Assembly: GCA_963668675.2 (NCBI GenBank)
Contig: CAXXMB010000002.1
Location: 1,312,001-1,376,000, forward strand
DNA length: 64,000 bases
Reading direction: 5' to 3'
Source: an uncultured Desulfatitalea sp.
Lineage (GTDB): Bacteria > Desulfobacterota > Desulfobacteria > Desulfobacterales > Desulfosarcinaceae
Part shown: positions 1 through 8,946 of the stretch, in pieces
Layout of the letters: each line of letters begins with the position of its first letter
How positions within the stretch are numbered: the stretch's first letter is position 1
The notes under the pieces: generated by a model
The model's input: only the letters and a program-made list of their open reading frames with translations
What the model was told of the DNA's origin: nothing
Database searches by the model: none
Position numbers and translations under genes: made by a program

Positions 1-6
1 AAGGCA

Positions 7-453
7 CTAAAATAGACCGGTAATAGAGGCCGGCACAAGTGCCAGTTGATGGGCTTGCCATTCAAGGATTCCTCTGGACAGATGGTATAACCGTTTGAAT
101 CCCAACTCAGAAAAGATGCTGAGAGCCCGGCCGCTTCGATTACCGCTGCGGCAGTATACCAAATAGGTTTTAGACCGATCCAGACGGCCCAGCAACTTTT
201 TGAATTGGGGATTGTGATAGTCAACAAGCTTCGCCCCCGGGATGTGCCCCTGTCGATATTCGGAAGGGGTACGAATATCGAGAATAACAAAATCGGTATC
301 GCTTTGATACTTTTCGATCAGCATTTTCGCCTCTTGGGCTGTAACAGAGGTTGTCCCTCCAAATGCCTGCCCCAGGCTCCCCAAAAACAAAAGCGCCCAT
401 AAGCAGATTACTGTAACTGTCCAGTACCCTATATAGATTGCACGATTTTTCAT
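7..453 (-). CDS. Single-domain rhodanese-like sulfurtransferase with N-terminal signal/membrane anchor
   Basis: ILDIRTPSEY..GHIPGA and active-site loop VYCRSGNRS; hydrophobic N-terminus. Confidence 0.85.
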   Translation of the reverse strand: MKNRAIYIGYWTVTVICLWALLFLGSLGQAFGGTTSVTAQEAKMLIEKYQSDTDFVILDIRTPSEYRQGHIPGAKLVDYHNPQFKKLLGRLDRSKTYLVYCRSGNRSGRALSIFSELGFKRLYHLSRGILEWQAHQLALVPASITGLF

Positions 454-536
454 GTAATGGTTTCCTGTTATCAGGGTTTGCGGTTTATTGGTGAGGTGTC
501 ACACGGATCTCTTGACATTGGCGCACAATAACGCTG

Positions 537-591
537 CTTTCGGGTTTCGCTATTCTACCGCCCCTGGTCGCGCCAGACCTCGAACCCCAAA
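537..591. repeat. Degenerate copy of the short palindromic element at 57895-57965
   Basis: ctttcgggtttcgct (537-551) is 14/15 identical to 57899-57913; both end in gaacccc(g)aaa. Confidence 0.4.
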
Positions 592-940
592 TTTTTGTTT
601 AGTAAGATAAATCCTGCGATGGACATGCACAAGTCGTCTATTTCCCTTTTCACCCTGACGCCCCCCATTCTATGAAACTGACGCCTCCCTTCTTGTTAAG
701 AAAAGTAACACCCGGAAAAACGGATGCTGACAACAATTGCGATTTGAGGTTTACATTGAGCGACCAAGGCTATATAAATAATCTATATTTCAGCTGCTTA
801 TGACAAGGCCCCTCCCTCTCGTGCCGTGGCGCTCTCTTGGTGAGCTATCTTATGGACCTTCAGATGCTATAAGAAAAGCCCCTTGCCTATATAAAATCGG
901 TGAATAGCGCGGGGTTAACTATACTCATCCAACATTCAAG

Positions 941-2620
941 ATGGAGGCAGCAATGCGGAAGAGACAACCCCTTTACATCACTCGCCTGTTATTGTTGGCC
1001 CTTATAGCAGGTTGGGTGCTCGGCGCCACTATCGTCTGGGCCGCCGTCTCGGGGGAAGAGAAAGCCCCCGGGCGGATCATGGCCCAGCAGGCCGTCAAGG
1101 AGAAACCGCTGTGGATCACATCCGACCACTCCAAACATGAGATCCTCAAACAGCCGTTTGCATCAGGACCTGAGGTGACAAAAGCGTGCCTGGCCTGCCA
1201 CAACCAGGCCGCCCTGCAATTTCACAAAACGATTCATTGGACATGGCTGGACCCCAGCACGGCCAAAAGCGCTCAACTGGGGAAGGGTGGTCTCTCGATC
1301 AACAATTTCTGAGTGAACGTCCAGAGCAACGAGGCTCGTTGCACATCATGCCATGCCGGATACGGATGGAAGGATAAAAATTTCGATTTTACGGATCAAA
1401 CCAGGGTGGATTGCCTTGTTTGCCATGAGCAGACCGGAACATATAAAAAGTTCCCAGCCGGCGCCGGAAACCCTGTCAGCGAACCCAAGCTGTTCAAAGG
1501 CAATGGCAAAACCTACCAGCCGCCCGACTACAATAGCGTCGCCCAAAGCGTCAGCCGGCCATCGCGAAAGAATTGCGGCACCTGCCATTTCAGCGGCGGG
1601 GGGGGCGATGGGGTCAAACACGGCGACATGGATTCGTCCCTGTTCAAACCCAACAAAGCGCTGGATGTGCACATGGGACTGGATGGCCAAAACTTTGACT
1701 GCACCCGCTGTCACTCCACTACGCTGCACAACATCGCCGGTCGCGTCTACGCCACACCAGCCGCCACCGAACGAAAGAGCCTGATCCAGGATGACCTGGC
1801 CTCCAAAATCACCTGCGAGTCATGTCACAGCAACACGCCGCACAAGAGTCACGCCAAGGCGAATGATCACACCGACCGGGTGGCCTGTCAGAGTTGCCAT
1901 ATCCCGGCTTTTGCGCGAGTGAACCCCACCAAAATGTGGTGGGATTGGTCCAAGGCCGGTAAAAAAAGGAATGGCAAGCCTTTCAAAGAGAAAGATGAAT
2001 TGGGGAAACCCAAATATGACACCATGAAAGGGGAATTCCGGTGGGCTAAAAATGTGATGCCTGAATACTACTGGTATAATGGCAGCATCAAACACTTGAC
2101 GGTCCTCGACAAGATCGACCCAAGCCAGCCGGTGGCCCTCAGCGCGCCGGTGGGCGGCCCACTGGACACCCACTCGAGGATCTTTCCCTTCAAGGTGCAT
2201 CGGGGCATGTTGCCATACGACAAGGTCAACAAGACCATGGCCATCATCCACCTCTTTCCCAAAGGCAAAGATGACACCACCGCCTACTGGAGGGGGTATA
2301 ACTGGGATAAGGCGCTCCAGTTCGGCATGGACTATGTCAACCTGCCCTACTCCGGGGAGTACGATTTCGTCGAGACAAGCTATGTCTTTCCTACCACCCA
2401 CATGGTCGCCCCCAAAGACAACGTGGTCGCCTGCAATGAGTGCCATATTCGCCAGGAGAGCCGTTTGTCGGCCATTTCCGGCGTCTACATGCCGGGGCGC
2501 GACCATTTCCGGGCGCTGGATGTTATCGGCTGGATCGCCGTACTGGGTGCCCTGGCCGGAGTGGCGGTACATGGGCTGATGCGTATGTTTGCCAGCCCCA
2601 ATGGGAAAAAGGAGGGTTGA
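941..2620 (+). CDS. otr: Octaheme c-type cytochrome, tetrathionate reductase (OTR) family; probable selenoprotein (Sec at TGA 1310-1312), ~559 aa, with C-terminal TM anchor
   Basis: ORFs 941-1312 and 1313-2620 are contiguous and in frame. Joined they give 8 CxxCH motifs (CLACH, CTSCH, CLVCH, CGTCH, CTRCH, CESCH, CQSCH, CNECH) and the family motif INNF[C>U]..SNEARCTSCHAGYGW. Only the first part has a signal peptide. Confidence 0.88.
1313..1348 (+). promoter_or_regulatory. Candidate bacterial SECIS element
   Basis: Perfect 7-bp stem GCAACGA (1326-1332)/TCGTTGC (1336-1342) with a G-starting loop (GGC) 20 nt after the UGA. Confidence 0.7.
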
Positions 2621-2623
2621 ATC

Positions 2624-3286
2624 GTGCTGAAAAATAGAGTGCCCATCTATCTGTATACCCGTTATGAACGCTTTTGGCACTGGCTTCAGAGTCTGTTGAT
2701 TATCATTCTGCTGATCACCGGGTTTGAGGTGCACAGCTCATATCGCCTTTTGGGTTTTGGAACAGCGGTGGATATCCACAACTATGTCGGGCTCACCTGG
2801 TTGATCGCCTTTGCCTTTTTCATTTTCTGGATCTTTACCACTGGAGAGTGGAAGCAATACCTGCCAACGACCAAAAAGATGTTCAAGGTGATTCGCTATT
2901 ACGGCTACGGCATCTTTCGCGGTGAATCCCATCCGGTCCCCAAGCGGAAAGAGGCCAAGCACAACCCCTTGCAGCGCCTGACCTATCTCTCTCTGGCAGC
3001 CTTCCTGCTGCCCGTGCAGATGGCCACCGGATTTCTTTACTGGGGATACAACGACTGGGCCGATTGGGGTCTTGGGTTCCTCGCGCTCGAGGTGGTCGCC
3101 GTGATCCACACCATCGGTGCCTTTGCCATCCTTACCTTTCTGATTGTCCACGTGTACATGACCACCACCGGGCACAGCATTACCGCCCATGTCAGGGCCA
3201 TGATCACCGGATGGGAAGAGGTGGAAAAAGAGACCGAGGTGGAGGATTGGGAACTCGCCCGGCACAAGGGCGGCACATCGACCTGA
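2624..3286 (+). CDS. Di-heme cytochrome b membrane subunit (Ni-hydrogenase cyt b / PhsC-like), probable OTR quinol partner
   Basis: ERFWHWLQ, HNPLQRLTY, conserved His in four TM segments; GGAGG RBS; directly follows otr. Confidence 0.85.
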   Translation: MLKNRVPIYLYTRYERFWHWLQSLLIIILLITGFEVHSSYRLLGFGTAVDIHNYVGLTWLIAFAFFIFWIFTTGEWKQYLPTTKKMFKVIRYYGYGIFRGESHPVPKRKEAKHNPLQRLTYLSLAAFLLPVQMATGFLYWGYNDWADWGLGFLALEVVAVIHTIGAFAILTFLIVHVYMTTTGHSITAHVRAMITGWEEVEKETEVEDWELARHKGGTST

Positions 3287-3321
3287 TCACCTCAAATCGC
3301 AGATAGACAGACATACCATGC

Positions 3322-3357
3322 GCCGGTTACGCACAATTCCGTAACCGGCTTTTCTTT
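3322..3357 (+). terminator. Rho-independent terminator of the otr-cytb operon
   Basis: gccggttacg/cgtaaccggc 10-bp stem followed by ttttcttt. Confidence 0.8.
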
Positions 3358-3467
3358 GTCCGATACAAATGGGCTTTATTTCCTGTTCGTCGTAAGATAA
3401 AAGATCGGGGACTCGACTGCAGATAGCAGGCTCGACCTAACACTATTTAAAATCGAAATTAAATCAA

Positions 3468-5321
3468 ATGATTGCTGTAGAAAACCTATCCAAAAATTTC
3501 GGCGCTCAAACCCTTTTCGACCAGGCAAGCTTTAAAATCAACCGGCGTGAGCGGATCGGGCTAGTGGGACGCAACGGACACGGAAAAACCACCCTGTTTC
3601 GCATTCTCATCGGCGAGGAGGAGTGTGACGACGGCGCACTGACCACACCCAAGGGGTATCGCATCGGCCATGTCCGCCAGCAACTCGCCTTTACCCGTTC
3701 AACCGTCCTTGAAGAGGGTGCACTGGGCCTGCCGGCCGACCAGAAAGAGCAGCACTGGAAGGTTGAAAAGATATTGACCGGTCTCGGTTTCAGTCAGGCC
3801 GACATGCAGCGGGCCCCAGAAACGTTTTCAGGAGGCTTCCAGGTCCGGCTCAACCTGGCCAAAGCCCTGGTGGCCGAGCCGGATCTGCTGCTGCTTGACG
3901 AACCGACCAACTACCTGGACATCACCTCGATCCGCTGGATCGAGCGTTTTCTGGTCAGCTGGCCCAACGAGTTGATGCTCATCACCCATGACCGCAGCTT
4001 CATGGACCGTATCGTCACCCACACACTGGGCATCCACCGCCAAAAACTGAGGAAAATCAGCGGCAATACAGAAAAGTACTATGCCCAGATCGCCCAGGAC
4101 GAAGAGATCTACGAGAAAACACGGTTGAACGATGAACGCCGCACCAAGGAGATCGAACAGTTCATCACTCGCTTCCGAGCCAAAGCCCGCCTGGCCGGCA
4201 TGGTTCAATCACGTATCAAAACGCTTGAGAAAATTGAAAAAAAACAAAAGTTAACCCAACTGCGAGATCTTGACTTCTCTTTTCACGCGCTCCCTTTTCG
4301 TGGCAAACAGACGCTTGGCGTGCAGGATCTGACATTTGCCTACCCGGAACAGACGTCGTTAATCGAAGGCCTTAGCTTTACCCTGCATGCAGGAGAACGG
4401 CTGTGCGTGGTCGGCCCCAACGGCCAGGGAAAAACAACCCTGCTCCAGCTCCTGGCTGGCAAATTGGAGGCGAAAAGCGGCGAAATTGCCTATCACCCTA
4501 AGGTGGTGCACGGCTTTTATGAACAGACCAATATCCAGACACTCAATGACCACCATACGGTAGAAGAGGAGATCCTCTACAGCCATCCTGAAGTCAACCG
4601 TCAGCGGGCCCGTTCGATCTGCGGAGCCATGCTGTTCGAAGGCGATGAGGCGCTGAAAAAAATCGATGTGCTATCAGGCGGTGAGAAGGCCAGGGTGATG
4701 CTAGGCAAACTGCTTGTCACCCCTGTCAATCTCCTGTTGTTGGATGAACCCAGCAACCACCTGGACATGGAGTCCTGCGATGCGCTGGTGGCCGCCATCG
4801 ACAACTTCGATGGCGCCATTATTATGGTCACCCATAACGAATTGTTTCTGCACGCCCTGGCCCAGCGCCTGATCGTGTTCCACGAAAATCGAATCAGCCT
4901 GTTCGAAGGCACCTATCAGGATTTTCTGGAAAGGGGTGGCTGGGGAGATGAAACCAACACTCCAGTTGTTGAAGCAGAACCTCTTCCTTCAAGCCAGCCA
5001 CGCCTTTCAAAGAAGGATCTGCGGCGCATGCGCTCGGCCATCATTAGCGCCGACGGCAAAGTGCGCAAAGGATTGGAAAGCGACATCCAGCGGACCGAGG
5101 CGGTCATCGAAACAGAAGAGGGGCGCCTGGCACTGTTAAACGAAGAGATGGTCGCCGCTGCCCAGGCGCAGGACGGAGAGCGTATCGCCAATCTATCCCA
5201 AAGCATCCATCAGTGCCAAAACACGATCGATGATCGATTTGCCACCCTGGAAGCGCTATACAGCCGCAAGGAGACGTTGGATGCGAAACTGGCTGAGAAA
5301 CTGGCCGAACTGGAAGAGTAG
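3468..5321 (+). CDS. ABC-F family ATP-binding protein (Uup/YheS-like)
   Basis: Two NBDs (GRNGHGKT, GPNGQGKT; LLLLDEPTN/DEPSN), no TM segments, C-terminal coiled coil. Confidence 0.9.
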   Translation: MIAVENLSKNFGAQTLFDQASFKINRRERIGLVGRNGHGKTTLFRILIGEEECDDGALTTPKGYRIGHVRQQLAFTRSTVLEEGALGLPADQKEQHWKVEKILTGLGFSQADMQRAPETFSGGFQVRLNLAKALVAEPDLLLLDEPTNYLDITSIRWIERFLVSWPNELMLITHDRSFMDRIVTHTLGIHRQKLRKISGNTEKYYAQIAQDEEIYEKTRLNDERRTKEIEQFITRFRAKARLAGMVQSRIKTLEKIEKKQKLTQLRDLDFSFHALPFRGKQTLGVQDLTFAYPEQTSLIEGLSFTLHAGERLCVVGPNGQGKTTLLQLLAGKLEAKSGEIAYHPKVVHGFYEQTNIQTLNDHHTVEEEILYSHPEVNRQRARSICGAMLFEGDEALKKIDVLSGGEKARVMLGKLLVTPVNLLLLDEPSNHLDMESCDALVAAIDNFDGAIIMVTHNELFLHALAQRLIVFHENRISLFEGTYQDFLERGGWGDETNTPVVEAEPLPSSQPRLSKKDLRRMRSAIISADGKVRKGLESDIQRTEAVIETEEGRLALLNEEMVAAAQAQDGERIANLSQSIHQCQNTIDDRFATLEALYSRKETLDAKLAEKLAELEE

Positions 5322-5336
5322 TTAAAAACAGTAATT

Positions 5337-6230
5337 CTACTCGTATTTGTCTTTTAGAACTGCCAGATGGGAGAGATATCGCTGTCGGTATAGAAGGCCC
5401 TTCTGGTTGTTGATGTCGTAGAAGACATAGTCGAGGTGGGGACGAAGATCAATGCCGTATGCATTGAGTCGGGCGTCGTTGGCCATATCCAATACACGCA
5501 GGGCGTAGTAGTTGACCAGCATGCGCAATTTGCTGTCCCGTCGCAGCAGGTATCCGCGGCCGCCCAAAGTGTTGAGGAAAAAAGAGGCATATTGATAAAG
5601 CGTGTTGAGCTTGACCGGTTGTTTGCTCTTGCTGTCGACACGATCACACACGGTCATCCAGGTAAACATGACCGCCATGGCCGGTTCGACCACGGCCGAT
5701 TCACTGCTGAGGATCTCCTTGATCAAGTCGATGCGGTCTTTGCCCAAAATCCTGTAGAAGTGGGTAACGTTTCGGATCAGGTTGTAGAGGTTGTCCATCT
5801 CACCCACATTGGTGGGCGGATTGGCAGCCATTCGATCGAATACGTCTTCAAAAAGCTCTTCGGCCCGCATATTGATACCGGGCCAGATCAAGTAGGCCTT
5901 GCTGTCGAGATATTGGAAAAAGGCCACTGTCTGGGCAGTCACCTTTTGGCAGTTCACGTCACCCTGGGCCGTCAGCATCGGCTTGTCCGCACCGAATACC
6001 GGCGTCAGATCGGCTTTGGACGATAGACTTTGGGACTGCAGCCCCGCCTCTTCGGCCAACCGTTGGACATCCGCTTCAAGCCTGGCAATCTTCTTCAAGC
6101 AGGCCTCTTTTTCTGTCTGCAGCACCTCCTCGACACTGTGGGTGTGCCACTGATTCAACCAGTAGTAACCCAACAGGGCCACCCCCAACAGAGCGAACAG
6201 TATAACGAGTGTTTTAACAGTTTTGTCCAT
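5337..6230 (-). CDS. Hypothetical protein with N-terminal TM anchor and coiled coil
   Basis: Long ORF with typical codon bias; start MDKTVK assumed (the track starts at 6245). Confidence 0.7.
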   Translation of the reverse strand: MDKTVKTLVILFALLGVALLGYYWLNQWHTHSVEEVLQTEKEACLKKIARLEADVQRLAEEAGLQSQSLSSKADLTPVFGADKPMLTAQGDVNCQKVTAQTVAFFQYLDSKAYLIWPGINMRAEELFEDVFDRMAANPPTNVGEMDNLYNLIRNVTHFYRILGKDRIDLIKEILSSESAVVEPAMAVMFTWMTVCDRVDSKSKQPVKLNTLYQYASFFLNTLGGRGYLLRRDSKLRMLVNYYALRVLDMANDARLNAYGIDLRPHLDYVFYDINNQKGLLYRQRYLSHLAVLKDKYE

Positions 6231-6416
6231 AGGCTGCGAACACATTCGGAAAATGGCGTTTTACCGGATAAGGAATTTTCACCATACGTCAGCCCGCTAC
6301 TGTTTGCAAGGAGAACATAACCTCCCTGCCTGCTGCGAGGGGGGAGTTGAAAGTTTAAAGCTGAAAGTTTAAAGTGAAGGCATCAGCCTAACAGCCTACT
6401 ATAAGGAGGTAACGAG

Positions 6417-8903
6417 ATGTCCGCACCACGTCCTGTACGATACAACCTTCACATCACACCTGATCTGGACCAGTACAGGTTCGACGGGCAGGTGGAAATT
6501 GCCTTGCAGGCCGACACCCCCGCCGACACAGTGATGCTTCATGCCCTGGAACTGGCGATCTGGAAGTGTCAATTGTGCGCAGGTGATCATCGAACCGACC
6601 TCCCTTTCGCATTGGATCCGAGCGAGGAGACGCTCACCATCCGTCTGCCCGAACCCCAAGAGGGCGAATTCGTGCTGCACATCGAGTACCAGGGTATCAT
6701 CAATGATCAGATGGCCGGTTTTTACCGCAGCCAGGCGACCCACGAAGGGCATACGGAACATTTGGCAGTGACGCAATTCCAGGAGAGCTCTGCACGCCAG
6801 GCGTTTCCGTGTATGGATCACCCGCTGCACAAGGCGGTTTTCGACCTCACCATGACCGTACCGAACCATGTGACCGCCTTGGCCAACACGCTGCCCCTCA
6901 AAGAGGAGCCCCTGGAGAATGGATACAAACAGATCTCGTTTCAACCGACACCGCTGATGTCCACCTATCTGGTCTTTTTCGGACTGGGCAACTTTGAAGT
7001 GCAGCAAGACAGTGAGGATGAACGGGTACGGTTGGCACACCTGCCAGGCATGGCCCACACCACCGGACTCGGCCTCGAGTTTGGTCGCAAGGCCCTGCAT
7101 TTCTGTGAGAACTATTACGGCGTCGACTATCCGCTGCCCAAGATGGATCTCATCGCCGTGCCCGATTTTGCCTTCGGGGCCATGGAGAACTGGGGGGCCA
7201 TCACCTTTCGCGAAAACCTGCTGCTCAACTTCCCCGGTCACACCTCCAAAGCCGGCATCGAACGCATCTGCGAGGTGATTGCCCATGAAATCGCCCACCA
7301 GTGGTTCGGCAACCTGGTCACACCGGCCGACTGGAAATACCTGTGGCTCAACGAAAGCTTTGCCACCTATTTCGGATATGGGGTGGTGGCCCATTACCAC
7401 CCCGATTGGGGAATATGGGATCAATTCCTGCACACCGAAACCGGCACGGCCTTGACCCGTGACGGCCTGCAGGAGACATTTGCCATCGAAATCCCCGGCG
7501 GTGAACACGTGGTGATCAATTCGAGCACAGCGCCGATCATCTATAACAAGGGCGCCAGCATCCTGCGCATGATCGAAGGCTACATCGGTACAGAGACCTA
7601 CCGGCAAGGGGTGCGCAGCTATCTCGACCAGCATCAGTATGCCTGTGCCGAGAGCCATCACCTGTGGCAGGCCTTTGAGAAGGTGTCGGCGCAACCCATC
7701 ACCGCCATGATGCAGAACTGGATCGGACAGCCTGGCCATCCGGTGGTCAGCGTATCGAGAAACGGCAATGAACTCACCCTGAATCAGGAGCGTTTCACCT
7801 ATCTGGATACATCCTACGACCAGGTCTGGCATATCCCGCTGACCCTGACCGCCTGGACAGCTGACGATGAGCGCAACGAAATCTCCCTGCTCATGAATGG
7901 GACCAAAGCGTCGATTACCCTGCCGGCCGACACAAAAGTGTATAAAATCAACAGCAACCAGGCAGGATTTTACCGGGTCTGCTACGAGGACGAAAACAAT
8001 CTGACCGCTCTGGGCCGAGGGATCGAAAGAGAGACAATGGGAGCGGAAGATCGGTGGGGGATCCAAAACGATCTATATGCCCTGGTACGACAAGGCCGAA
8101 CCGAACTCTCATCTTACCTCTCTTTCCTATCCCACTATGGCAAGGAGAACGCGTTTCTACCGCTGATCAGCATCGCCGGAAACCTCTTTCAGGCCATGCT
8201 GGTGGCCCCGGAAGCACAGCGCACCCACATCAAAGCCATTGGCAAAGAGATGGCTGCAACGGCGTTGGAATCGTTCGGCTATCTGCCCAGAGACGACGAA
8301 CCCCACACCACTTCCATTCTCAGGGACCAATTGCTATGGCAGGGAGCCGCCTGGGGGTTGGAAAGAGCCATCGACTTTGCAACCCAACAGTTCGACGCTT
8401 TGACCGCAGGCCAGGCGGTTCACCCCGATATCGCCAAAGCGGTGATGCAGGTCGGCGCCTGGTCCCAAGGCGGGCAGGCCTTGAACTGGCTGATCCAACG
8501 CTTTGGCCAATCACCCAGCGAACACGAGCGCATGAATATCCTCGCCGCCTTTGGCGCCCTTCAGGATTGGCATCTGGCCCGCAAAGCCCTCGCTTTCACG
8601 CTTTCCGATGTGCCCCCCCGCAACCGCTTTATGCCCATCGTGGCCCTCTCAGTTAACCCGGCCCTTCAGGATCATCTCTGGGGCTGGTACAAGGAGAACC
8701 TCAACGTCCTCGAAGATTTTCACCCCCTGCTCTACGAACGGGTCATCACCAGTATCGTGCCCTACGGCGGCCTGGGCAGGGAAGGCGAGGTTCAAGATTT
8801 CGGAGAGATGTACATCAAAACACATCCCCACCTGGCCGACGCATTTGCCCTGGCCCTGGAGAATTTAAAAATCAACCAGCGTATGCGGGAACGGTTACAA
8901 TAG
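6417..8903 (+). CDS. pepN: M1 family zinc aminopeptidase with ERAP1-like C-terminal domain
   Basis: GAMEN and HEIAH..18..E (WLNESFA) motifs; strong RBS aggaggt. Confidence 0.9.
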   Translation: MSAPRPVRYNLHITPDLDQYRFDGQVEIALQADTPADTVMLHALELAIWKCQLCAGDHRTDLPFALDPSEETLTIRLPEPQEGEFVLHIEYQGIINDQMAGFYRSQATHEGHTEHLAVTQFQESSARQAFPCMDHPLHKAVFDLTMTVPNHVTALANTLPLKEEPLENGYKQISFQPTPLMSTYLVFFGLGNFEVQQDSEDERVRLAHLPGMAHTTGLGLEFGRKALHFCENYYGVDYPLPKMDLIAVPDFAFGAMENWGAITFRENLLLNFPGHTSKAGIERICEVIAHEIAHQWFGNLVTPADWKYLWLNESFATYFGYGVVAHYHPDWGIWDQFLHTETGTALTRDGLQETFAIEIPGGEHVVINSSTAPIIYNKGASILRMIEGYIGTETYRQGVRSYLDQHQYACAESHHLWQAFEKVSAQPITAMMQNWIGQPGHPVVSVSRNGNELTLNQERFTYLDTSYDQVWHIPLTLTAWTADDERNEISLLMNGTKASITLPADTKVYKINSNQAGFYRVCYEDENNLTALGRGIERETMGAEDRWGIQNDLYALVRQGRTELSSYLSFLSHYGKENAFLPLISIAGNLFQAMLVAPEAQRTHIKAIGKEMAATALESFGYLPRDDEPHTTSILRDQLLWQGAAWGLERAIDFATQQFDALTAGQAVHPDIAKAVMQVGAWSQGGQALNWLIQRFGQSPSEHERMNILAAFGALQDWHLARKALAFTLSDVPPRNRFMPIVALSVNPALQDHLWGWYKENLNVLEDFHPLLYERVITSIVPYGGLGREGEVQDFGEMYIKTHPHLADAFALALENLKINQRMRERLQ

Positions 8904-8946
8904 GCGTATCTGACCCTTTTTGAACAGTGGATGGCATTATCGTCTA

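Noticed and set aside
941..1312. Separate 123-aa monoheme protein plus 435-aa heptaheme protein, or an otr pseudogene
   Set aside because: Zero-gap in-frame junction, no RBS or signal peptide for the second part, stop exactly at the conserved Cys, SECIS-like hairpin and otherwise intact operon all favour one recoded gene.
1310..1312. Genome-wide UGA reassignment (code 4/25)
   Set aside because: Many genes end at TGA at the expected C-terminus (cyt b, aceK, serS, pilM), and the tRNA-Trp has a CCA anticodon.
6350..6374. Short direct repeat (t)gaaagtttaaag x2 in the divergent promoter of pepN
   Set aside because: Only two short copies; could be an operator but is unsupported.
6399..8066. Long antisense ORFs (555 aa here; also 16488-17798, 12683-13900, 47620-48690)
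   Set aside because: Shadow ORFs opposite well-supported genes, expected from high GC3 codon bias.
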